IMG/VR virus record: IMGVR_UViG_3300045988_173968
From: a virus
Strand: one strand, 5' to 3'
DNA length: 64,000 bases
The notes under the pieces were generated by a model. That model was not told where the DNA came from. It ran no database searches and worked only from the letters and a program-made list of their open reading frames with translations. Shown one piece after another: positions 45,196-54,240 of this stretch (position 1 is the stretch's first letter; each line of letters starts with the position of its first letter). The position numbers and the translations under genes were made by a program.

Positions 45196-45558
45196 TCATC
45201 CTCCTATCAGTGCCATTAGTTCATCCTCAAAGATTATTGGTTCCCGTAGGTCGGGGCGAAAAACATCAATGAATTCATCGATAGTATAGACAGGCGCTCT
45301 TTCATAGCCGTGCTCCTTATACCAAGACAGAGAGCAATAACCTTCCCATTTGATGGGATCATCATCTGAAACAATAAGAGATATAGTATCATCCTCTCTT
45401 CCAGAATCAAGAATATTTCGAGCCACTACGGAATGTATATCGACTGCGAAGAACTTTTTCGTGCCATTTCTATCATAAACTTCTGACATCGCATCGAAGA
45501 ATTCCGATTCTGTCATCTGTCTATCGAAGTGAACGAGAATTAACCCAGTTTTATCCAT
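45196..45558 (-). CDS. GG-tail family protein (ends ..FEDELMALIGG)
   Basis: TGA stop directly after GG. Paralog of its neighbours. Confidence 0.6.
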   Translation of the reverse strand: MDKTGLILVHFDRQMTESEFFDAMSEVYDRNGTKKFFAVDIHSVVARNILDSGREDDTISLIVSDDDPIKWEGYCSLSWYKEHGYERAPVYTIDEFIDVFRPDLREPIIFEDELMALIGG

Positions 45559-45559
45559 T

Positions 45560-45880
45560 TTACCCTCCTAATAGTTGCATCAGCTCGTCCTCGAATGGCT
45601 CAGACTCTTTAATGCCAAGAAGCTCAAGGAACTGATCAAGGTTGATTTCAGTGTAACCTGATATATAATGGCTTCCCTGTGGAGTATGATAAAATTCATA
45701 GTTGGCATATCCAAGACATTTGAAATTACCATTAAACCGAAGCCCTACGCCTCTTTTAAACTTTGCTACAACATAATCATTACTACTAAAGAGAGATCTG
45801 TCTATTTTTACACCAGCAAACATTATTTCGTCTATAAGGTTCTCGTCGAGAGCCTCGTGCAAGACCAAAAGATATTTCAT
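45560..45880 (-). CDS. GG-tail family protein (ends ..FEDELMQLLGG)
   Basis: TAA stop directly after GG. Start at MKYLLVL, which has a GGAGGGG RBS. Confidence 0.6.
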   Translation of the reverse strand: MKYLLVLHEALDENLIDEIMFAGVKIDRSLFSSNDYVVAKFKRGVGLRFNGNFKCLGYANYEFYHTPQGSHYISGYTEINLDQFLELLGIKESEPFEDELMQLLGG

Positions 45881-46071
45881 CCCAACCCCTCCATGATAAT
45901 CCGCCTGCAAATCTGATCGACTTCAATTTCGGAATTGCAAGCGTACAGTTTCTCTTTGTCTTTCTTTTTGAGTTTAATGCGGAAGTCCTTGATCATTTCG
46001 AGCTTTTTTTCTATGTACTTCTCCTTATCGGAAGTGATTTTTATGACCTTGAAATGCACCTTTAATTGCAC
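45877..46071 (-). CDS. Hypothetical K/E-rich small protein
   Basis: Track ORF. The start codon is uncertain. Confidence 0.4.
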   Translation of the reverse strand: MQLKVHFKVIKITSDKEKYIEKKLEMIKDFRIKLKKKDKEKLYACNSEIEVDQICRRIIMEGLG

Positions 46072-46280
46072 CTCCTATGCAGGTAATGATGATTGTTGCC
46101 ATTAAGACAATCAGCGGAGAAGCCGCGATTAGAATTACATCAGTCATCGGCATACCCCATTTCCTCAAGGTCTTTGCGGGCTTCTTTGGTATCATCGGCG
46201 CTGAAAAGGAACACGCCGTCGCCGTACACTTCCACATGCCCTTGAACATATTTCATTGTGATGCTCATCGCAAAGCCTCC

Positions 46281-46580
46281 TTATTCAAATGTGTAGCCCC
46301 ATCCCGCAAGATTGAGAAATCCATCGTGAGGATTTTCAAATACATCAAGCTTAACCGGCTGTTGACACAGGAATGTGCCTGCATGATTAACAAATACTCT
46401 CTTTTCGAGTGTGCAGAAGTCGCCCTCATCTCCATGCCGTATATCATACGCATACCAGCCATCTGGAACTGTGTTTTTATCTACACGGCAGTTTGTGAAG
46501 AAGCCTCTTACCTCACGCTCTGTGTCCGGCGCTACTACAAAGGCTTGGTTTTCCTCCAGCGCCTCTTGAAATGTGATCAT
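46281..46580 (-). CDS. LPD28/YodL-like domain protein (family common on Firmicutes conjugative elements)
   Basis: VPDGWYAYDIRHGDEGDFCTLEKRVFVNHAGT matches the recalled pattern. Confidence 0.4.
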   Translation of the reverse strand: MITFQEALEENQAFVVAPDTEREVRGFFTNCRVDKNTVPDGWYAYDIRHGDEGDFCTLEKRVFVNHAGTFLCQQPVKLDVFENPHDGFLNLAGWGYTFE

Positions 46581-46583
46581 TTT

Positions 46584-46778
46584 TTAGTCCTCCCAGTTGT
46601 CCAAGAATGTTTCCCCGTCAATGAAATACCACTCATCGGCAACAAGAATATCTTCTTCATCGACGCCGTTTTCTATGAGAGATCGAACTCGAGCTGTCGC
46701 TTTTTCGGTGAATTCCACCCGTTCTACCCGGAGGTGGTTATCCTCCGGGTCTGGGTAGATGATGTAGTAGGTGTACAT
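46584..46778 (-). CDS. Hypothetical protein
   Basis: Track ORF with a TAA stop. Confidence 0.45.
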   Translation of the reverse strand: MYTYYIIYPDPEDNHLRVERVEFTEKATARVRSLIENGVDEEDILVADEWYFIDGETFLDNWED

Positions 46779-47005
46779 TACGCTTTCATCACCGCCTTAA
46801 ACATGTAAGGGGTGCGCTCTCCGAGCAGACCACGATAGTCGCTCTCCTTATAGACACCATTCTCCCATTTTTCCTCACGCTGCTTGCGCTCGGCTTCGGT
46901 GAAAGGGGTCATGTTCAGACCGTAGCAGAACTTGCTGTTGTTGCCGGCAGCTTTTTCTGCCTTTTCCTTAAGGATAATTTCTGCGTTGCGGGTTCTCTTT
47001 TCCAT
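46778..47005 (-). CDS. Hypothetical protein
   Basis: Track ORF. Start at MEKRTR (TAATG overlap with the upstream stop). Confidence 0.45.
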   Translation of the reverse strand: MEKRTRNAEIILKEKAEKAAGNNSKFCYGLNMTPFTEAERKQREEKWENGVYKESDYRGLLGERTPYMFKAVMKA

Positions 47006-47328
47006 TATGCGTACCTCCATGTGTTCAAAAAATGTGTGTATTTCTCGATGAGATCATCGGGAATGCTTACGAAATCTTCTTCGCCCAGCCCACAGATAAA
47101 GACCGAACCGAAGATGATGTCCTTTACTGCTCCGGCTTCATCAGCCATCATCAGGCAGGCTTTGCTGCCATCGAATTTTCCCTCCTCATTGCAGATGAGT
47201 GCAACGGGGTCGTCAAACGGGAATATTGCCTCTATGGGGCCTTTTACGATTTCCTGCATAGATTTGAGGCTGCCGTCGACCTCAACGATCTGGGGCTTTC
47301 TATGCGGCTCTAACGCAAGAATTTTCAC
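47005..47328 (-). CDS. DUF3846-like protein
   Basis: MKILALEPHRKPQIVEVDGSLKSMQEIVKGPIEAIFPFDDPVALICNEEGK..GSVFICGLGEEDF matches the recalled DUF3846 pattern. Confidence 0.5.
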   Translation of the reverse strand: MKILALEPHRKPQIVEVDGSLKSMQEIVKGPIEAIFPFDDPVALICNEEGKFDGSKACLMMADEAGAVKDIIFGSVFICGLGEEDFVSIPDDLIEKYTHFLNTWRYA

Positions 47329-47332
47329 CCTA

Positions 47333-47581
47333 TCACTCCTCCTCTCGGAGATACAGGACTTCTCCGGTACTGTTGTCCGTGAGGGCGTTCAATCCTTTAA
47401 TCGGGACAATGACTTTACAGCCGGCAAGGTTGATGTATGCGGCGTTTACCTTGCCCTCGTCGGATTTCTTGATGAGCATGAGCATCGGCTCACTCAGCAC
47501 AACCACACAGCCGTGGTAACAAGCTGTGATGCCATTGGGAAGAATGTGGATACCGGTCTGTACGAATTCATTGATTGTCAT
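47333..47581 (-). CDS. Hypothetical protein
   Basis: Track ORF with a TGA stop. Confidence 0.45.
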   Translation of the reverse strand: MTINEFVQTGIHILPNGITACYHGCVVVLSEPMLMLIKKSDEGKVNAAYINLAGCKVIVPIKGLNALTDNSTGEVLYLREEE

Positions 47582-47678
47582 TTTTGCTTACTCCTTTCAG
47601 TCTCTGCGCTCAAGGCGCTTTTCGCTTATTATTTTCTCGCTTATTCGGGCTTCGCCCTCATTGCGTTCGAGATGTATC

Positions 47679-47702
47679 AAAAAAGCACCCTTTGTGGGTG
47701 CT
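47679..47702 (-). terminator. Rho-independent terminator after 47720-47971
   Basis: AGCACCC-N5-GGGTGCT followed by TTTTTT on the minus strand. Confidence 0.6.
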
Positions 47703-47719
47703 AATTTTGCATTTGATTT

Positions 47720-47971
47720 TTACGCCTCAACGACAGTCCAGCTTTTGCCGGAAGCCGTATCGACCACTTTTTTGATTTTTCTTGCGTTAAACACGGATAC
47801 CGCCCCATCATCAAAAGTGAACGCAACCGCATTTGCGGAGCTGCTGAAGCTGAACCGCTTTACGGTTGAAAATTCTTTTGTCTTTTTAGTACAGTCGGTC
47901 AGGACGATACCTTTTGCCATAGGCGCATCAAGTCCTCCAAGGATTGCGCCGTAATCAGTTTTTAGGAACAT
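47720..47971 (-). CDS. Hypothetical protein
   Basis: Track ORF with an AGGAGGAG RBS. Confidence 0.5.
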   Translation of the reverse strand: MFLKTDYGAILGGLDAPMAKGIVLTDCTKKTKEFSTVKRFSFSSSANAVAFTFDDGAVSVFNARKIKKVVDTASGKSWTVVEA

Positions 47972-47995
47972 TTTTGCTCACTCCTCCTAAATGCT

Positions 47996-48115
47996 TCAGC
48001 CAAAAGCGGCGAACATTACGAACACAAATCCCCAGAAGAAAGCCCCTCCGAGGATCACTCCAAGGACGATTTTTACCCAGTCCATCAGGGTAAAATCCTT
48101 TGTTGCTTCAAGCAT
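47996..48115 (-). CDS. Small membrane protein (39 aa)
   Basis: MLEATKDFTLMDWVKIVLGVILGGAFFWGFVFVMFAAFG with a GGAGG RBS. Confidence 0.4.
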   Translation of the reverse strand: MLEATKDFTLMDWVKIVLGVILGGAFFWGFVFVMFAAFG

Positions 48116-48291
48116 GATTTTTACCTCCATACAGACTATTGCTCCAAACAGGCTTAATAGCATTTTTGCCATCTGGAATGCTTGCTTTCAGCCGCTTTTA
48201 CGCCTAAACAATTGGCATAAAAGCGTTGCCCGATACCCGGCACGAGGAGCCATCAAGCATGGGTATCTTTTCGCTCATTAAGGGATAAAGC

Positions 48292-48323
48292 AAAGCCCCG
48301 ACAGCATAAGCCATCGGGGCTTT
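48292..48323 (-). terminator. Terminator hairpin after 48336-49274 (probably bidirectional)
   Basis: GCCCCG-N14-CGGGGC flanked by an A-run and a T-run. Confidence 0.55.
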
Positions 48324-48335
48324 TCCCATTCGTTT

Positions 48336-49274
48336 TTACGCGGCAGCTTTAGCGGACTTCTTGCCTTTGCCGCCTTTGCCCTTTTTGGGAGCGGGCGCGG
48401 GGGTAGCGGCAGCCTCAGCCTTTGCAACAGCAGCCTTTTCCTCAGCAACCTTAGCAGCAGCCTCAGCCTTAGCAGCCTTTTCATCGGCATTTTTCTTAGA
48501 CCATTCATCAGCGGTGAGACCCTTAATCTCATCGAGCTTTTTCTGGGCATCATCGACTTTCTTCTGGAATTGGGCGATTTTGGCATCGCAGATATCGGAG
48601 AGAGCCTTAAACTCTGCCTTTACAGCTTCAGAGGAATTTTTTGCAGCACGAACCTCATAGGCGGATTTGTTGGCTTTTTCCGCTTCAATGTTGGCATTAT
48701 TCTTGCGAATAGTGCCTACGAGCTTATTCAGGGCACGGAGAAACTCACGCTCATTATCAGTCATAACCTCGGCTTGGTTCATACGGATACCGAGAATGGT
48801 TTCAACCTTATTGCGGAAAATGCCCTCGGGTACGGTTGCCCAGACCTTTTGCGCAACAAAATTTTCGTCCATATCGGTGTTCACAGCATTCGCCTGAAAT
48901 CTCTGAACGACGGTCATCAGATCCTCAATGTCGCGGGGGTGGACGATAATGCGTCTCTGATCCTTTTCTGCTTCACCCCAGTCCAAAATCTGACGCCACA
49001 GGTCAAAAACCTTGTTGCGACGCTCTTTCAGAGCCTTTTCATGCTCCATGGGATTGGTCATGAAGTCCTTAGACTTGCCATAGCGAACATAGTCGCAGAG
49101 TGCCTCATACAGGACAGAAATGCTATCCTTGTAGATGGCAAACTGACTTTCAGTCACATTGTTCAGAATAGCCGCCTCAGACTTGATTGCACCACGGTTT
49201 CCATTGTCATAGGCGCTCAGCAGAGCATCGTGCATCCAGTTAATGCAGTGAACTTTCTTTTCAGTGTTAGCCAT
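48336..49274 (-). CDS. Hypothetical protein with an A/K/E-rich, histone-H1-like C-terminal tail
   Basis: Start at MANTEKK, which has a GAAAGAGG RBS. The C-terminus is AKAEAAAKVAEEKAAVAKAEAAATPAPAPKKGKGGKGKK. Confidence 0.55.
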   Translation of the reverse strand: MANTEKKVHCINWMHDALLSAYDNGNRGAIKSEAAILNNVTESQFAIYKDSISVLYEALCDYVRYGKSKDFMTNPMEHEKALKERRNKVFDLWRQILDWGEAEKDQRRIIVHPRDIEDLMTVVQRFQANAVNTDMDENFVAQKVWATVPEGIFRNKVETILGIRMNQAEVMTDNEREFLRALNKLVGTIRKNNANIEAEKANKSAYEVRAAKNSSEAVKAEFKALSDICDAKIAQFQKKVDDAQKKLDEIKGLTADEWSKKNADEKAAKAEAAAKVAEEKAAVAKAEAAATPAPAPKKGKGGKGKKSAKAAA

Positions 49275-49462
49275 AATAATACCTCTTTCATCAAAATGCG
49301 TGCTATTGCACATTTTCTTATGCTCGAACACTCATGAGCATACCAATGCCCCCAATGGCAAGCATCAGGGGCACGCCGTATGCTCACGAATAAGCCCTCA
49401 GAGGTATTCACGATTAGAGCCATCAGGACAATCATTTTCGCTTGCTCACCGTGTTCGCGGCG

Positions 49463-49660
49463 CTCAAGCCATTAGCGCAGGTTCGGATCAACTTAATGCC
49501 ATATGGTCTGCAAGATTGTTCATCAGGTTCCAACCAATCCTACCCATCAAGCCATTCTCAAGCACGAGATTTTTCACTCGCTCGATACTCTCGCATCGCT
49601 CAAGTGTTCATTGATAAAGAGGTGGTTTTCTCCATCTCGCCTCAGCATTTCCTCAAGCCG
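49463..49660. repeat. Dispersed iteron-like repeats CTCAAG(C/T)(C/A/G) (5 copies; TCAAGCCATT occurs twice) in an ORF-poor region
   Basis: Copies start at about 49463, 49547, 49557, 49599 and 49652. The region lies at the strand-switch point. Confidence 0.4.
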
Positions 49661-50103
49661 AGTTTAGGTTATGCAGGCATAAACCTCTGGGCATTTTCAC
49701 CATCTGCTCCAGCGACGGCCTCGAGCTTAAACCACTTCCCAGCGGGTTTCATAGGTCACGCGGTTGTGGCGCTTTTGGCTTGTTTTTTGTTTCCCCCGCC
49801 GCCCGCCGCTTGCTTTCGTTTCGCGGCGGGGCGGGGCGGGGGGCTTTCGCTGTGGGGGCTTGCGCCCCGCACCTACTATGTATTTGAAACGCACATAACC
49901 GACATACTAATTTTGCTATATTTATATAACAGTTTTGTTATATACGCACCGCCCCATATACGCGCGGGCGGAAAAGTGCCTGCAATCGCTTGCAAGGCGG
50001 CAAATTTGCGCCGTGCGCGGTTTTTGTGCGCGGCGCGTAAAATTTTACGATTGAAACAGAAAGCCGCCGTAAAACGCATTCACGGCGGCGCGGCGAAAGG
50101 CAT

Positions 50104-50133
50104 AAAAAAAGCCCCCCGCAAAAAGCGGGGGGC
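50104..50133 (-). terminator. Strong rho-independent terminator after the Ala-rich gene
   Basis: GCCCCCCGC-AAAAA-GCGGGGGGC followed by a T7 run on the minus strand. Confidence 0.7.
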
Positions 50134-50144
50134 GGGGGGTAAAA

Positions 50145-51029
50145 TTAGAGGGTAAAGGCGGCGCGGGCGGCGGTGAAAATTCTTTCAATCATCTTTTGTT
50201 CCGCGCCTGAAAGCGCTTTCATATTGCGGGCGGCCCCATTGTATGCGGCCCATGCTTTTTCGCGGGGGATTTTACCCTTGCAATAGCTTTCAATCCATTC
50301 CACGACGGCGGCGCACTCCGCGGCTGTTTCCGTATTATCGCGGGCTTTCAGATTGACAATATAGATATTGCTATCGTCATCATCGGCGGCGGGTGCATAG
50401 TCCATTTTAACGGCCTGAGCGCGGGCGGCGTTGATATTGCGCCATACTGCTTTCATTCCCTCTTTCAGTATATCGGCGTCGGGGGCGGCGGTGAGCATTG
50501 CGACAATGGCGTCTTGTACCATATCGCAACAGATACCGCCCGCCATATACGCGGCTATGCTTCCGTCATTCCATGCGGCGGCGGCGGTGCTTTCGCGGTT
50601 TGCGCGGGCGGCTTTCGCTATCTTGCTTTCAGCTTTCATGCGTACTTTCGCGCGGCTATCGGCTTTCGCGGCTTTCACGGCGGGGGCACTGTTTTTGGGG
50701 GCGCGGATTGCCTTGCAAGCCTTTTCCGCTTTCGCTTTCGCGTTTACGGCGGCGGTATTCATGCGGCGCACTTTATACCGCGCGGCTTTCGTTCCATAAT
50801 GGGCGGCGGCCGTTTCCATGCGTTTCACATAGGCGGCGGCGCGGCATAATTCATTGTAGTACTCACGCATTGTTTCCGCGCCATTGCTTTCGGCTTTCCC
50901 GCCGCGATACAAATATCGAACGGCGTACATTGTCGCTTTCAGCCCATAGTAGTAGGGGCGGGCATTGATGGCGGCGGGGGTAACAGTTTCGCGGGCGGTG
51001 CTTTCGGTTTTGTTCATGTTCTCTTTCAT
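50145..51029 (-). CDS. Ala-rich hypothetical protein in a GC-rich island
   Basis: Track ORF. Start at MKENMNK, which has an AAAGGAA RBS. Composition differs sharply from the rest of the window. Confidence 0.5.
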   Translation of the reverse strand: MKENMNKTESTARETVTPAAINARPYYYGLKATMYAVRYLYRGGKAESNGAETMREYYNELCRAAAYVKRMETAAAHYGTKAARYKVRRMNTAAVNAKAKAEKACKAIRAPKNSAPAVKAAKADSRAKVRMKAESKIAKAARANRESTAAAAWNDGSIAAYMAGGICCDMVQDAIVAMLTAAPDADILKEGMKAVWRNINAARAQAVKMDYAPAADDDDSNIYIVNLKARDNTETAAECAAVVEWIESYCKGKIPREKAWAAYNGAARNMKALSGAEQKMIERIFTAARAAFTL

Positions 51030-51488
51030 GGTATTCCTTTCTTTCGTGCCTTTCGCCTTTTGGGGCTGTTTGGCATTGTGCATGGTTATTTGGTATCCGC
51101 CCCCATGCGGGCGGTATTTTGGGCGGGGGATTATCCCCCTTGCCTATTGTATCAGTTTTCCGCACCCATTGCAATACCCTTTTTGCAGATATTCACACGC
51201 CCCATTTTCACATTTTGGGGTATGGGGGGGTATTTTTCACCGCATACCCCGCCGCTTTTGCCCAGCCAGATGCTAGCTGTTCATTCCCGTTCAGTCAATT
51301 CACTAATCCCCTCACCCATAGCGAAAAAGCCCAGTTTCAACGCAAAAACAGCCACTACACCAATTAAACCTTACAGAGAAAAAATACCACTTTTCAGTGG
51401 CAAACTTCAAAAAATCCCGTTTCACCGGTAACAACCGTATATTTATACGGCAAATTCTCCAAACGCCATATACAAATACCTTTTTTGA

Positions 51489-51497
51489 TGATATAAT
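51489..51497 (+). promoter_or_regulatory. Extended -10 promoter element (TG-a-TATAAT) upstream of the recombinase
   Basis: TGATATAAT lies about 35 nt upstream of the ATG at 51532. Confidence 0.35.
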
Positions 51498-51531
51498 ATA
51501 CTCAGAAACTAAGGTTCAAGGAGGTACATAT

Positions 51532-52326
51532 ATGGAGAGAATTGCAAAGGTTGAGTTAGAGGAAATCGAAGAGAAGGAGCTTGCGGAGAGCAAAGCAGCT
51601 GAGCCTATTAAGGACAAGGAAGACATTCGCCGTATATCGGAGTATCTGGTAGAGCAAGGCCGGTACAGAGACAACATGCTGTTTATTGTAGGGATCAATG
51701 TAGGACTGAGAGTTAGCGACCTGATAGAGCTACGGTTCAGTGACTTTATTGATGCCGATGGCAAGTACAAGACAGAGTTTGATGTATTTGAGCATAAGAC
51801 TCGCAAGAGCCGCAAGAACCCAAAGAATAGACGGATAGGTATTAACGAAGCAGTGGTTTGGGCTATTGATGAATACCTGAACAATGAAGCCCGCAAGGGC
51901 AATAAAATAAAACTAAATGAATATTTATTTCCGGCGACCAGGAGCGACACAGAGACTGGGCATATAAACCGGAAAACTGTGGACATGATGATTAAGGGAG
52001 TTATTAAGGATTTAGGTATTCAGGTTAAGGCAAGCACACACACCTTACGCAAGACATTCGGGTATCAGATGATGGAAGCAGCTCCGGTTGGCAAAAAGGA
52101 AGCTACTCTGTTACTGCTTCAGGAGATTTACGGGCATTCCGACAGCCGTACAACTAGACGATACATTGGCATTACTCAGGATGATATTACGGATGCGTAC
52201 TTGGGATTAAACCTTGGATTAGGCCCAAGACTGCAAAAGTGGTATGAAGGCCACCCCGCCAATGAACAAGGTGATCAAGTGAAATTTATTGATTTTTGTT
52301 CAGGAAAAAATGTGATTAACGGATAA
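51532..52326 (+). CDS. Tyrosine recombinase (small XerC/D-like site-specific recombinase)
   Basis: GLRVSDLIELRFSDF (catalytic R), HTLRKTFGYQM (H-x-x-R) and IYGHSDSRTTRRYIG (H..Y). Start at MERIAKV, which has a GGAGG RBS. Confidence 0.8.
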   Translation: MERIAKVELEEIEEKELAESKAAEPIKDKEDIRRISEYLVEQGRYRDNMLFIVGINVGLRVSDLIELRFSDFIDADGKYKTEFDVFEHKTRKSRKNPKNRRIGINEAVVWAIDEYLNNEARKGNKIKLNEYLFPATRSDTETGHINRKTVDMMIKGVIKDLGIQVKASTHTLRKTFGYQMMEAAPVGKKEATLLLLQEIYGHSDSRTTRRYIGITQDDITDAYLGLNLGLGPRLQKWYEGHPANEQGDQVKFIDFCSGKNVING

Positions 52327-52598
52327 TAGCCCATATTTTTTGCATTCTAACTGCAAAATTTGCAAACTGGTTGCAAAAAATTTTTAGAAAACCGCTTGAT
52401 CAATAGGCTTTACGGTACCTGTCCCTTAAAAGGAAATTATAAAGGCTAACAGTTTAACGAAAAATGGGCAAGGGTACATACGCAGGAAGAGGACGCTACC
52501 ATACCACTTGCCCCCAAGCCCCCATTGTATGTGCATGGTGGATACTGTACGCCAATGGAGGACAGTCATTATTATCTTTCGAGGACATATGTTTGTCC

Positions 52599-53846
52599 AT
52601 GAAATACACTTTTGGAAAGAAGGAATGTTTATTGAAGACAGTAAAAGTCTGCGACTCTATCATGGGCTCAGGCAAGACGAGTGCAGCGATACGGATGATG
52701 AACGAGGAAAGGGATAAGAGATTCATCTTTATTACTCCGTTCCTTGCTGAAGCTGACCGCATCGCAGAGGAATGCGAAAGCAGAGGTTTTACGGTTCCTG
52801 TTAAGGTTAAGGGCAGGAAACAGGAATGTCTGCACCAACTGTTGCGGGAAAAGAGGAATGTGTCCACCACTCACGCACTGTTTCTGGACAGTACGGAGGA
52901 GACTATCCGGTTAATTGAAGAAGGCGGATACACATTAGTTCTCGACGAGGTACTTGAACTGTTCGAGAGCAAGGACATCTCGGAGGACGATGTGAACCTG
53001 TTGCAGATTGGCGGAGTAATTGAGATTAAGGAGAACGGTTCTGTTGTCTGGCTAAACGAAGAGTATGATGGTGTGTTTGCGGACTATAAGGAGATGGCAC
53101 TGACTGGCGAACTTTATTACATCAATGATCGGCTGATGTTTTACTCCTATCCTGCTGATGTACTTAAGGCGTTTGAGGAAGTGTATGTGCTAACTTACAT
53201 GTTCGCCGCCCAGACACAAAGATACTACTTTGACATGCGCGGTATTGGTTATGAGTACATCGGAACAAAGAAGCTGCCGGACGGGGGGTACATTTTCACC
53301 GAACGGGCGGAGGTACCTGAGTACGCTAGACACCTTAAGGAAAAGATACATATTGTGGACAGTGAGAAGATGAACAGTGTAGGTAATGGGAAGTATGCCT
53401 TGTCTATGAGATAGTTCCAAGAGAGAGCCGAGCCGGAAGCCGTCGAGCAGATTAAAAAGAACCTACTAAATTATTTTCAAGCAATTAGTGGTTCCAAGGC
53501 ATCTGACCGCTTGTGGGCAACATACAACGTTTCCAAGGATAAGTTGCAGGGGCGTTATGGTCAAAGCTTTCTCTCCTTCAACTCTCGTGCGACAAATAGC
53601 TACAGAGACAAGACCTGTCTGGCGTATCTAGTAAATGTATTTATGAATCCATTTGAGTACAACTTCTTTACGGCGCAGGGCGTCCAGCCAGACCAAGATG
53701 GGTATGCACTGTCTGTTATGGCTCAGTGGATCTGGCGGTCGGCTATCCGCGAGGGCAAAGACATTGAGATTTACATACCGTCCAAGCGAATGCGAGACCT
53801 GTTGATTGCATGGTGCGATAGACTGGAGAAGGGAGAGATGCGGTAA
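52599..53846 (+). CDS. P-loop NTPase (helicase- or ATPase-like) read through one TAG
   Basis: Walker A IMGSGKTS and Walker B TLVLDEV. TAG at 53412-53414 joins track ORFs 52464-53414 and 53511-53846 in one frame. Start uncertain. Confidence 0.55.
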
Positions 53847-53847
53847 T

Positions 53848-54240
53848 ATGGAGCCTGCTTATAAGATATTGGCCGTTGAGTTTGATGAAACCATCTTCCG
53901 GCGAGACCTGAAGACATGGAAGTACGAAGCCAACTGGGAAGTCGTACAGTACATACGGCAAAAAGCCAAAGAGGGCTGGGACATCGTTCTGATAACAAAC
54001 CGTTTCAATAAGTGGACACTGAATGAGGCAATTAAGCTGTGTGAAAATGTTGATATACGGTTTTCTGAGATCAACGATAACCCATGGTGGGTGTATGCCA
54101 TTAAGGGACAGCCAAATAAGATTTACTGGAATGAGCTAATTGACCGCTGGGGTTTCCATGAGGCGAAAGGTTGCGAGATTCCCGAAGGATTTGACGAGAA
54201 CTGGGGGTTAGAAGATGAGACGAAAAATATTAGCAGTTGA
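53848..54240 (+). CDS. HAD-like phosphatase-fold protein (paralog 1)
   Basis: ILAVEFDETIF (DxDxT-like). Paralog of the next gene. Confidence 0.45.
   Translation: MEPAYKILAVEFDETIFRRDLKTWKYEANWEVVQYIRQKAKEGWDIVLITNRFNKWTLNEAIKLCENVDIRFSEINDNPWWVYAIKGQPNKIYWNELIDRWGFHEAKGCEIPEGFDENWGLEDETKNISS

Noticed and set aside
48361-49337. Plus-strand ORFs of 99-255 aa
   Set aside because: They lie antisense to 48336-49274 and are Ala/Ser-rich mirror images of its A/K/E-rich tail.
50431-51431. Several overlapping ORFs on both strands in the GC-rich island (for example 50498-50968 and 50863-51174)
   Set aside because: High GC suppresses stop codons and produces Arg/Gly/Ala-rich shadow ORFs. Only 50145-51029 has an RBS, a terminator and a plausible composition.
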